Assembly: GCF_001462395.1 (NCBI RefSeq)
Contig: NZ_LNTB01000002.1
Coordinates: 1 to 32,000 of the forward strand
Source of the DNA: Pyrodictium occultum
GTDB lineage: Archaea; Thermoproteota; Thermoprotei_A; Sulfolobales; Pyrodictiaceae
Reading direction: 5' to 3'
Length of the DNA: 32,000 nt
The position numbers and the translations under genes were made by a program. Under the pieces are notes generated by a model that was not told the DNA's origin, searched no databases, and saw only the letters and a list, made by a program, of their open reading frames with translations. Of this stretch, positions 1-7,838 are shown piece by piece; within the stretch, counting starts at the first letter, position 1; the number at the start of each line of letters is the position of its first letter.

Positions 1-35
1 GCAGCGCGGGTGAACGTGAACCGGTAGGCAGGGCC

Positions 36-401
36 TTAGGGGCTCACTATCTCCGCGTCCACGGGTATGAGGTGCTCCTCCACGGTGTCCTCTAGTTTAG
101 AGACGCGGCGCTTGAGGCCGTGTATGCTGCTGTTCAGCCTGTAGAGCTCGCCCTCCACGTAGGCCCGGTACTCCTGGAACTCGCGGCGCAGCTCCTCAAG
201 CTCGTGGAGCACCTGGAGGAGCGCCTGTGTCGTCTCCTCCTGCTGGCGGCGCCTCTTCTCCTCCTTCTCGCGGCGGTACCTCTCCAGCCCCTCCCGTATC
301 ATCATCTTTATCAAGTCCGTTATCTGTATCCCCATCTCGCTGGCATACTCCTTTAGCTCGCTGTAGACAGCCTCCGGCAGTGACAGATGTACTGTCGGCA
401 C
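36..401 (-). CDS. Ribbon-helix-helix (CopG/Arc/MetJ-type) DNA-binding protein with a long C-terminal coiled coil, 121 aa
   Basis: ORF track, with a GTG start at 399-401. The N-terminus TVHLSLPEAVYSELKEYASEMGIQITDLIKMMIREGLERY has the strand-helix-helix pattern of RHH regulators. Residues ~45-110 are E/R/L-rich and heptad-like. Confidence 0.6.
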   Translation of the reverse strand: MPTVHLSLPEAVYSELKEYASEMGIQITDLIKMMIREGLERYRREKEEKRRRQQEETTQALLQVLHELEELRREFQEYRAYVEGELYRLNSSIHGLKRRVSKLEDTVEEHLIPVDAEIVSP

Positions 402-425
402 TGTCTCGGCCCACGTATACTCGGT

Positions 426-515
426 ACAAGAGCCCTCTATTTAAGCCGAACGCGCCGTGTCCGGCTCTTGTGAGAGTTCTCTAGTAATACTCTCCACGGT
501 AATCTTCTACTAGAG
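426..515. promoter_or_regulatory. Divergent promoter/operator region between the two RHH genes
   Basis: A perfect 9-bp inverted repeat, ACAAGAGCC (426-434) / GGCTCTTGT (463-471), brackets a TATA-like TATTTAAG (438-445; TTAAATA on the minus strand, ~40 nt from the minus-gene start). A second perfect 8-bp inverted repeat is CTCTAGTA (479-486) / TACTAGAG (508-515). A further TACTAGGA copy lies at ~525-532. Confidence 0.4.
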
Positions 516-564
516 GCTTCCCCATACTAGGAGAAGCCTGGTGGGGGTTGGGGGCGGTCCCAGG

Positions 565-738
565 ATGCGTGTCGTGACCTTCAAGGTGGATGAGGAGCTG
601 CTCGAGAAGCTGGATAGCTTTGCACGGCTGAAGGGCGTGACCCGGAGCGAAGTGATAAGGAAGGCGATAGAGCTGTACCTGAGGCTTGAGGACTACAAGG
701 TGCAGCCGCAGCCCAAGATAGTGAAGCTGATGAGCTAG
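565..738 (+). CDS. Small ribbon-helix-helix (CopG-family) transcriptional regulator, ~57 aa
   Basis: The ORF track gives 541-738. The ATG at 565 gives MRVVTFKVDEELLEKLDSFARLKGVTRSEVIRKAIELYL, a textbook RHH strand-helix-helix. The GTG at 541 is an alternative start. Confidence 0.65.
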   Translation: MRVVTFKVDEELLEKLDSFARLKGVTRSEVIRKAIELYLRLEDYKVQPQPKIVKLMS

Positions 739-779
739 CGCCGCGGAGCAGCCGGGCTACTCCACGTGCCCCACAACTC

Positions 780-784
780 TTTTT
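780..784 (+). terminator. T5 tract 42 nt downstream of the RHH stop codon (archaeal oligo-T terminator candidate)
   Basis: CAACTCTTTTTGG seen directly. Oligo-T tracts act as archaeal termination signals (established knowledge). Confidence 0.3.
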
Positions 785-821
785 GGAGGCCCATCAAGCC
801 TCTCCTCCGAGGGGCATCCCC

Positions 822-1711
822 CTAGGCCCCGGAGGCCGAGGGGTAGCGGGCCCCGTACTCGCAGCTCCTGCATGGCGGCCTTCGGGGCCTGGGTGGCGGG
901 CTCTGGGAGGCCAGCCGGTCCGCCACGCCGGGGAGGATCTTCTCCTCGAACCAGGAGGCCAGCTCCCAGGGGTCCAGCCTCTCCCTCAGCGCAGTGGCGC
1001 CGGTGGCGTCGCGGACGAGGAGCACGGCCTCCTCCACGGGCCAGCGCTCGGAGAGGATCCAGGCGTAGGCTGCGAGCTGCGCCCTGGCGGCCCAGTAGCC
1101 GCGGCCCCTGCGGAGCATCGCCCGGGGCCTAGAGGTGGTCTTCACCTCGACCACCCGCAGCCCCGCGGGGCTCCACTCGAGGGCGTCGGGCACGCCTATC
1201 ACCGTGTAGCCCCGGCTCCTCGGCCTGCGGGCCATGAGGGGCCACTCCTCCCTCCAGTAGTACTCGACGGGGTCCTCGGCCTCCATGTAGCGGTGGAGCT
1301 GCCTCTCGTAGGCCGCGGGGTCTATGAGCCCCAGGACCGGGATGACCCCTCGCGGTGGAGCCTCTGCATCTCCCCCGCGCCGCCCCTGGCCAGCCTCTTC
1401 GCCAGCACTGCGCCCCCCAGCGCCTCCCGAGCAACCTCCTCCAGGTCCTCGCCGTGGAGGAGCCTCCCGCGTATGATCCCGGCGAAGCTGTCCTTAGCCA
1501 GCTCAGCCGACCAGAGGATGGCTAGGCCCCTCCAGGCCTCCTCCGCTAGATCCCCGGGGCTCAGCCAGCCTGCGTTGAAGAGGCTTGTAGCATGCCAGGC
1601 CTTCAGGCTGCACCAGTACCAGGAGCCTATACTGCTAGCCGCCACCACCGGGGGCCCGCGGCTCCGGGCGAGCCTCCCCACCAGCACGAGCACCCTGTCG
1701 AGGCATATCAA
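822..1711 (-). pseudogene. Cas4-like / RecB-family PD-(D/E)XK nuclease (DUF83-type), split into two frames (1322-1711 and 822-1286)
   Basis: The upstream ORF carries the N-terminal Cys context (SWYWCSLKAW) and GRLLHGE. The downstream ORF carries GVPDALEW, VVEVKTT (D...ExK), AQLAAYAW (QhxxY) and a C-terminal CRSCEYGARY. The downstream frame stays open upstream to beyond ~1390. Adding one G to the GGGG run at ~1346-1349 joins ...EMQRLHREG to VIPVLGLIDPAAYERQLHRYMEAEDP. Confidence 0.55.
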
Positions 1712-1909
1712 GCCTCAGCCCAGGCTCGGCCTCTAGCCCCTCCCAGGGGTAGTAGTCTCTACGCCCCAGAAAGGGGGAGGGAGGCCCCGGGCCTCAGGCA
1801 GCCACCGGGGGCCGTGCCGGAGGCCTGGGGCCGCGGCTAGGGGGAGGGCTGCGAGGAGAACATGGGCTGGGCTAGCCGCGGGGCTGGAGGCAGGGCAGGG
1901 GCTCGGGGG

Positions 1910-2371
1910 CTACTTCTCCTTCTTGAGGCTTGATGTCTCTACCACTAGGACGTCCACCTTATGGCTTATGGACACTACCTTGTTGGAGACGCTGCCCATT
2001 ATTAGCCTCCTAAGCCCGCTTAGGCCGCGGCGGCCGACCACTATCAGGTCGCAGTCATTGCTCTCGGCGAAACTTACAAGCTCGTCAGCGGGGTCGCCTA
2101 TCAGTAGCACGGGCTCCACGTCCTCGAGGCCGGACGTCTCCTTTATCTCCTTGACGAGTTTCTCGAGGCTCTGCCTGGCTGGCTGCACCAGCTCCTCCAC
2201 GACGGGCTGCTCCGGGATCACCATCTCGCCGAGGAACACCGCGGGCGGAGGCACCACGGTGGCTACGCGGAGCCTGGCGCCCAGCAGCTTGGCCAGCTTC
2301 ACCGCCTTGTCCACGGCTAGCCGGCTGGCCGGGCTCCCGTCATAGCCCACCACTATGCACGTGTAGACCAA
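1910..2371 (-). CDS. Universal stress protein (UspA family), 153 aa
   Basis: IVVGYDGSPASRLAVDKAVKLA ... DLIVVGRRGLSGLRRLIMGSVSNKVVSISHKVDVLVV matches the Usp ATP-binding G-2x-G-9x-G(S/T) pattern. Confidence 0.85.
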   Translation of the reverse strand: MVYTCIVVGYDGSPASRLAVDKAVKLAKLLGARLRVATVVPPPAVFLGEMVIPEQPVVEELVQPARQSLEKLVKEIKETSGLEDVEPVLLIGDPADELVSFAESNDCDLIVVGRRGLSGLRRLIMGSVSNKVVSISHKVDVLVVETSSLKKEK

Positions 2372-2455
2372 GCCCCTACACCATCATCCCTATAGGCGAT
2401 AGGGGTTAAACAAGGCTATCCTCCGGGCACCCCTTAGCACCTTGGGGCGTACTGG

Positions 2456-3418
2456 TTGGCTGGCCTGGAGGAGGCGTGGCGGCTGCTCGACTCAGCGCGC
2501 AGGGTCCACGTGGTGAGCCATATAGACCTTGACGGCCTCGCCGCGGCTGCGCTGCTGCTACGCTGGGCCCGGCGCCGCGGGCTCGAGGCGGTCCACAGCG
2601 TTGCTGGCGCCCGGGGCCTCTACCGGGTCCTCCGCCGCGGGCTCCAGGAGGCGGCGGGGAGGCCCGGCACCCTGGTGGTCGTCGCCGACCTGTCCCCGAG
2701 AAGCCGCTCCGAGGCGGAGGCGGTGGCGGCGCTGCTCCGCTGGGGCCAGAGGCTGGCCTGGATAGACCACCATGAATGGCCCCCGGGCGCCCGGGAGGCG
2801 CTTGAGCGTGCTGGGGCTGTGGTGGTTCACGACCGGTCCCACGTGACGGCTGAGATAGCGTGCTGCGTCGCCCGCTGCGGCGGCGAGGACCTGGAGCTCG
2901 TGGAGATAGCCAGGGCCGATGACAGCTGCTCCGAGGACCCCCGCGGCCTGGCGGAGCGGTGGAGGCTCGTCCTCCGCCATCTGGACTGGGAGGGCCTCCG
3001 GAGGGCGGCGGAGGCGCTGGCGGAGGGCGACCTGTGGCCCGACTGGGCTAGGAGGATCTACGAGGCCGAGGCGCCCCGCTACTACGAGGAGATAAGGAGG
3101 AGCACCAGGGTGGACCGCTACGAGATCAGCGGCGTCCGGGTGGCGGTCGTCACTCCCCCGCCCAGGGCAAGTGGCTGCGACGTCCAGCGCCTGGGCCTCG
3201 TCCCCGGCCCTGGGGAGGTCGATGTCGCCGTGATCCTCTACCCCCGGGGGCTCAGCATAAGGACCTGGGGGAAACTGAGGGCCGACTGCATCGCCTCCAG
3301 GCTGGGCGGCGGAGGCCACAGCCACGTGGCGGGTGCCCCGAGGCCGAGCACCAGCATGGGCCCGGCCCAGGTGGCGAGGATGGTGGCCAACGCGGCCGCC
3401 GGGTGCAGGGGCCTTTGA
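2456..3418 (+). CDS. DHH/DHHA1-family phosphoesterase (NrnA/RecJ-like fold), 320 aa
   Basis: TTG start. Motifs are HIDLDG (DxD), VVVADLS, WIDHHEW (DHH), ARADD, and the DHHA1 motif RLGGGGHSHVAGA (GGGH). Confidence 0.8.
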   Translation: MAGLEEAWRLLDSARRVHVVSHIDLDGLAAAALLLRWARRRGLEAVHSVAGARGLYRVLRRGLQEAAGRPGTLVVVADLSPRSRSEAEAVAALLRWGQRLAWIDHHEWPPGAREALERAGAVVVHDRSHVTAEIACCVARCGGEDLELVEIARADDSCSEDPRGLAERWRLVLRHLDWEGLRRAAEALAEGDLWPDWARRIYEAEAPRYYEEIRRSTRVDRYEISGVRVAVVTPPPRASGCDVQRLGLVPGPGEVDVAVILYPRGLSIRTWGKLRADCIASRLGGGGHSHVAGAPRPSTSMGPAQVARMVANAAAGCRGL

Positions 3419-3471
3419 AACGCTGAAATAGAGCCGGGGGCCTCGGCGAGCCTACCTCGGGGGCCTGGGCC

Positions 3472-3990
3472 TTGGCTAGGCGGATACTGTTCCTAGTCGG
3501 CCCCGAGTTCGAGGATATCGAGCTCTACTACCCGCTCTACAGGCTCCAGGAGGAGGGCTATGAGACCCTGGTCGCGGGGCCCAGCCGGGACACCCTGCCG
3601 GGGAAGAGGGGGTATAGCGTCAAGCCCGACCTGGTCTTCGAGGAGGTGGACCCCCGCGAGTACGTGGGCCTCGTCCTCCCCGGCGGTAGGGGCCCCGAGA
3701 GGATAAGGAACAACGAGCACGTGAAGAGGATAGCTAGGAGCTTCTTCGAGGACGAGAGGCCGGTCGCGGCCATATGCCACGGGCCGCAGATACTCATCAG
3801 CGCCGGCGTGCTCCGCGGCCGCCGGGCCACGAGCTACCCCGGGATAAAGGACGACGTGATAAACGCTGGCGCCGAGTGGCTGGACCAGCCCGTGGTGGTT
3901 GACGGAAACCTCGTCACCGCCAGGGTGCCGCCCGACATGCCTGCCTGGATGAGGGAGTACATCCGGCTGCTGAAGTCCCGGGGCTACTAG
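3472..3990 (+). CDS. pfpI: PfpI/DJ-1-family intracellular protease or deglycase, 172 aa
   Basis: RILFLVGPEFEDIELYYPLYRLQEEG ... PVAAICHGPQILISAGVLRGRRATSYPGIKDDVINAGAEW ... VVDGNLVTAR. The nucleophile-elbow Cys-His (ICHGP) is typical of the PfpI/PH1704 family. Confidence 0.9.
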   Translation: MARRILFLVGPEFEDIELYYPLYRLQEEGYETLVAGPSRDTLPGKRGYSVKPDLVFEEVDPREYVGLVLPGGRGPERIRNNEHVKRIARSFFEDERPVAAICHGPQILISAGVLRGRRATSYPGIKDDVINAGAEWLDQPVVVDGNLVTARVPPDMPAWMREYIRLLKSRGY

Positions 3991-3998
3991 CGGCCTGG

Positions 3999-4754
3999 TC
4001 ACGGGCCGCAGCGCCGCAGGGCCAGCAGGGCCCCGGCGCCCGCCAGCGCCAGGCCGGCGGCGAGGATGGCGAGGCCCCGGGCCTCGAGCTTCCCCGGCGG
4101 GTTCTCCTCTAGCCTCGCAAGCGCCTTGTCAGCCTCCTGCAGCGCTCCCAGGGCCTGGGCCAGGTCGCGCTCCAGCCTATCCGGCGGCAGCTCCTCGACG
4201 ATCCTGCTCAGGGTGGCGAGGTACTTCTCCGCCTGCCGGTCCAGGCCCTGGAGAGCCTCTATGATCTTGGCCGCCTTGGCGGTGTCCTCCTGGGCCTCCG
4301 CCATGAGGGCTGCTAGGAGCCCGGCGGCCTGCGTGTCGAGCCCCAGCTTGGACCTCAGCAGCACGGCTAGAATGGGGTTCCCGGCGAGCCCGGCCAGCAT
4401 CTTCATGGTCTTGTTGTACCAGCTGCTATGGGTCAGGTTGTAGAACTCCTCTATCGTCGCGGCAGCCTGAGACGCGTTGCCGAGAACCCGCCGGTAATCC
4501 TCGAGGGCGGCCCTGACCCGGGGGAGCTGGCGCGCGAGCTCCCGGTAGCCCTCGAGCAGCCCGCTCTGGTTGAGCTCCCGGAGTACGGCCTGGTACCTCT
4601 CTAGGAGGCCGCGGTACTCCACCGCCTCCTGGTAGAGGTGCTTGTAGCTGCCGGCGGCGTAGTGGTATAGGAGCAGCCCGGCTACCGCTAGCACAACCCC
4701 GGCGCCGATGGCCGCGCCGGCTAGGAGGCATGAGTAAGGCCTTCCCGTGGCCAT
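3999..4754 (-). CDS. Hypothetical membrane protein with hydrophobic segments at both ends and a long helical middle, 251 aa
   Basis: N-terminal CLLAGAAIGAGVVLAVAGLLLYHY and C-terminal GLAILAAGLALAGAGALLALRR hydrophobic helices. The middle is E/L/A/R-rich and helical, with 4 of 6 Asn in N-x-S/T (NQS, NAS, NLT, NKT). The opposite-strand ORFs are S/R/P-rich shadow frames. Confidence 0.6.
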   Translation of the reverse strand: MATGRPYSCLLAGAAIGAGVVLAVAGLLLYHYAAGSYKHLYQEAVEYRGLLERYQAVLRELNQSGLLEGYRELARQLPRVRAALEDYRRVLGNASQAAATIEEFYNLTHSSWYNKTMKMLAGLAGNPILAVLLRSKLGLDTQAAGLLAALMAEAQEDTAKAAKIIEALQGLDRQAEKYLATLSRIVEELPPDRLERDLAQALGALQEADKALARLEENPPGKLEARGLAILAAGLALAGAGALLALRRCGP

Positions 4755-4810
4755 CCCGGCGCCCTCTCTCCGGCCTGTGCCGGGAGATGTGTCCTGTGCG
4801 AGAGGCGGGG

Positions 4811-5926
4811 CTAGTCTAGGGACCGCCTGGCCTCCTCAGCGAGGTAGGCGAGGTTGAGCTCCGTCTCGGGGTCGAACAGCATAACCTTTTCCCTCGGCAC
4901 GACCACGTAGAGTTTTTCCCCGGCCTCCGGCCTCACGTTCGGCGGTGTCACAACCTTCAGGGGGACCCCGGCGGCCGTCAGCGTCACGATGTTCTCCTTG
5001 CCGAGCGGCTCGACCACGTAGACCTCAGCCATGATGCTCAGCGTGTCCTTCACCGGTTCCTGGCTGAGCCTAGCATGCTCTGGCCGGAACGCCACCACTA
5101 CCTCTCTCAGCCCCCTCTTCGCCATCACCCTGGAGTAGTCCTCCCTGGGCGTGAACCATGAGCCCGCGACCTCAACCCTGCCCTCTTCGGCCTTGCCTGG
5201 GAGTATGTTGGCGGGGGGAGAGCCGATGAACCCGGCCACGAACAAGTTGCGCGGCGCATTGTAGACCTCGTCGGGGCTCCCCACCTGCTGCACCCTGCCC
5301 CGGTTAAGCACAACTATCATGTCGGCCATGCTCATGGCCTCCGACTGGTCGTGGGTAACGTATATCGCTGTTATCCCCAGGCTCCTCTGCAGCCTCTTCA
5401 GCTCCGCCCTTATGCGGAGCCGCAGCAGGGCATCTAGGTTGCTGAGGGGCTCGTCTAGGAGCAGGACCTCAGGCTCCTTGACAAGCGCCCGGGCGAGGGC
5501 GACCCTCTGCTGCTGGCCCCCGCTCAGCTGCCCCGGGTACCGGTCGAGAAGCTCCTCTATATGGAGGAGCTTAGCGACCTCATGCACCTTAGCGTCTATC
5601 TTCTCCCGGGGGAGCTTGCGCAGCCTCAACGGGAAGGCTATGTTATCATACACGGTCATGTGTGGGTAGAGCGCATAGTTCTGGAACACCAGGCCCACGT
5701 TGCGCTCCTTCGGCGGCAGGTCGGTCACATCCCGGTCCCCGAAGAATATGCGGCCGCTCGTCGGCTTGTAGATCCCGGCTATCAGGTAGAGTAGCGTCGA
5801 CTTCCCCGCGCCGCTCGGCGCCAACAGCGCGGAGAATCTTCCGTCGGGGAAGATCAGCGACACGTTATCTACCGCCACTACCCGGCCAAACTTCTTTGTC
5901 ACGTTCTCGAGCCGGACCTCCACCAT
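4811..5926 (-). CDS. Sugar ABC transporter ATP-binding subunit (MalK/CUT1-type), 371 aa
   Basis: Walker A APSGAGKST, Q-loop, signature LSGGQQQRV, Walker B LLLDEPLSNLD, H-loop VTHDQ, and a C-terminal MalK-like regulatory/TOBE-type domain. Confidence 0.95.
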   Translation of the reverse strand: MVEVRLENVTKKFGRVVAVDNVSLIFPDGRFSALLAPSGAGKSTLLYLIAGIYKPTSGRIFFGDRDVTDLPPKERNVGLVFQNYALYPHMTVYDNIAFPLRLRKLPREKIDAKVHEVAKLLHIEELLDRYPGQLSGGQQQRVALARALVKEPEVLLLDEPLSNLDALLRLRIRAELKRLQRSLGITAIYVTHDQSEAMSMADMIVVLNRGRVQQVGSPDEVYNAPRNLFVAGFIGSPPANILPGKAEEGRVEVAGSWFTPREDYSRVMAKRGLREVVVAFRPEHARLSQEPVKDTLSIMAEVYVVEPLGKENIVTLTAAGVPLKVVTPPNVRPEAGEKLYVVVPREKVMLFDPETELNLAYLAEEARRSLD

Positions 5927-6874
5927 TCAGCCTTTCACCCCGCCGCTGGCAGCTTCGAGGAGGAGCCTCTGGGTGATGATGAAGAAGACTATGGTGGGTA
6001 GCAGGTAGAGAGTGCCCGCGGCTGCCGCCACGGGCAGGTAGGCTGTCTCTATGTTACCCACCACCTCTTCTATAAAGGTAGCGAGCGTCTTGATGCCCCC
6101 GGTGTAGAGGAACACGTGCACGTATATCAGGTCTTCCCAGCCCGCTAGGAAGGCGAAGATGGAGAGGGCTGCTATCCCCGGCTTGACCTGGGGCAGCACT
6201 ATCTGCCAGAAGGCGCGGAGCCGGGAGGCCCCGTCCACAAGGGCGCTCCACTCGACCTCCCAGGGTATCTTGTCGAAGAACCCCTTCATCAGCCATATGC
6301 TCATGGGTATCTCCAGGGCCGCCCGGGCCAGGATGGTGTAGAGGAAGCGGTACCCCGTAACCGCGTCCCTTGGCACAGCCCCGAGGCTCCAGACGTAGAT
6401 GGCGTAGACCGCTATGATAAGCGCCACTCCCGGGAAAGCGTGCAGCAGGATTATGAGCTCCATGAGCCTGCGCCTCCCCGGGAACCTCATCCTGGAGAAC
6501 GCGTAGCCCGCCATGACGCTCGCCGCGACAACCACGGCGGTGACGCCGAGCGCCACTATGAAGGTGTTGAGCACTATCGCTGCAAGGTAGCGGGCCGTGT
6601 AGAGCCTGCCGGCGGCGGGCTCCAGCCGGCCCTCAAGGAGGAGCCTCCAGTTATCGAGGCTGTAGCGGGCGGTGAATATGTCGGGGCCCGAGAGCATGTG
6701 GTCGGCGAAGCTCGAGAGCACGAGGAGCAGGTAGAGCAGCACCAGGGGGAGGGTGGCCAGGCCCACCGCCAGGCCCAGCACCAGGGTGAGGCGGCGCCTG
6801 GGCAGGGTCTCCACATCCCTGAGCTGGGACCACTCGGCCCCGCTCCTCCGCAGCCTGGGGAGGCGGAGCTGCAC
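5927..6874 (-). CDS. Carbohydrate ABC transporter permease (MalG-like), 315 aa
   Basis: Multi-TM protein with an EAA-type loop (ALVDGASRLRAFWQIVLPQVKPG). It directly abuts the ATPase gene (5926/5927). Confidence 0.9.
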   Translation of the reverse strand: MQLRLPRLRRSGAEWSQLRDVETLPRRRLTLVLGLAVGLATLPLVLLYLLLVLSSFADHMLSGPDIFTARYSLDNWRLLLEGRLEPAAGRLYTARYLAAIVLNTFIVALGVTAVVVAASVMAGYAFSRMRFPGRRRLMELIILLHAFPGVALIIAVYAIYVWSLGAVPRDAVTGYRFLYTILARAALEIPMSIWLMKGFFDKIPWEVEWSALVDGASRLRAFWQIVLPQVKPGIAALSIFAFLAGWEDLIYVHVFLYTGGIKTLATFIEEVVGNIETAYLPVAAAAGTLYLLPTIVFFIITQRLLLEAASGGVKG

Positions 6875-6876
6875 GG

Positions 6877-7815
6877 CTAGATCTCACCCCGCGGCTCCTG
6901 CATCATCCTCTGGAAGCCTAGCAGCCGGAGCGCGGCCAGGCCGAGCACCACGCCCAAGGCCACGAGCAGGGTGGAGGCAGCGGCCGCTAGGCCCTGGTCG
7001 CCGGTGGAGAACGCAGTGTTGAACACGTAGAGGGCCCATGTGCTCCCCCACCACCTGTCCAGGGCACCCCACTCCACCAGCAGGAATATGTGGGCGTAGG
7101 TTGTGACGAGGCTGAGCAGCTGCCAGATGGTAACGTACACCAGGTGCCAGCGGAGCTGGGGAACCAGTATGTGCCTAACCAGCTGCCAGGTGGAGGCCCC
7201 GTCCACCCTCGCGGCTATGATGTGTTCCCTGGGTATGCTGCGGAGCGCGCTGTAGAACACCACCATGCCGAAGCTCACGCCCACCAGGCCGTTGACGAGG
7301 ACCAGTATGGCCCAGTCGCTGTAGGGGAGCAGCGCGGGGTTGGTGCCCCAGTCCACAGGCTTGTCTATAACGCCTAGCCGGAGGAGGATGCTGTTGAGCG
7401 TCCCGGTGCGGTCACCGAGGAAGAAGTAGTACCATATCAGCGAGTACACTGCTATAGGCGTCATGCGGGGAAGCATCCAGGCGAGCCTCGTCGGCAGGGA
7501 GATGCTCTCCTCCATTAGGAAGGCCGCCAGAGCCAGGGCGAGGCCGCCCAGCACGTTGACCAGGAGCGTGAGCGAGACGAACACTATGGTTGTGCGTATG
7601 ATCTTGCCAACGTCCGGGTCGTGGAGGAGCAGGTGGAGGAGCCTCTCGTAGTTGTAGGTAGTGACGCTTCCGAGGTAGCGGTGCAGGTTCCAATCCCTAA
7701 GAGGCGTGAACCCGATGTAGATGGAGAGCATGAGGGGGGCTATGTAGAACACGGCTATGAGGAAGAGGGCGGGCATGAGGAAAAACGCTGCCGGGCCGAG
7801 CCTAGGCCTGGGCAC
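6877..7815 (-). CDS. Carbohydrate ABC transporter permease (MalF-like), 312 aa
   Basis: Multi-TM protein with the EAA loop AARVDGASTWQLVRHILVPQLR. There is a 2-nt gap to the next permease gene. Confidence 0.9.
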   Translation of the reverse strand: MPRPRLGPAAFFLMPALFLIAVFYIAPLMLSIYIGFTPLRDWNLHRYLGSVTTYNYERLLHLLLHDPDVGKIIRTTIVFVSLTLLVNVLGGLALALAAFLMEESISLPTRLAWMLPRMTPIAVYSLIWYYFFLGDRTGTLNSILLRLGVIDKPVDWGTNPALLPYSDWAILVLVNGLVGVSFGMVVFYSALRSIPREHIIAARVDGASTWQLVRHILVPQLRWHLVYVTIWQLLSLVTTYAHIFLLVEWGALDRWWGSTWALYVFNTAFSTGDQGLAAAASTLLVALGVVLGLAALRLLGFQRMMQEPRGEI

Positions 7816-7838
7816 AGCTTCACACCCCTAGGGGGATG

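Noticed and set aside
783-1736. 317-aa plus-strand ORF covering the Cas4-like locus
   Set aside because: It is P/G/A/R-rich and low-complexity with no motifs. It lies antisense to ORFs that carry a coherent PD-(D/E)XK motif series, which is typical of a GC-driven shadow frame.
2558-3325. 255-aa minus-strand ORF, plus 2529-2765 on the plus strand
   Set aside because: Both are antisense or alternative frames of the DHH phosphoesterase gene, which has all DHH/DHHA1 motifs. Their composition is R/P/G/A-rich.
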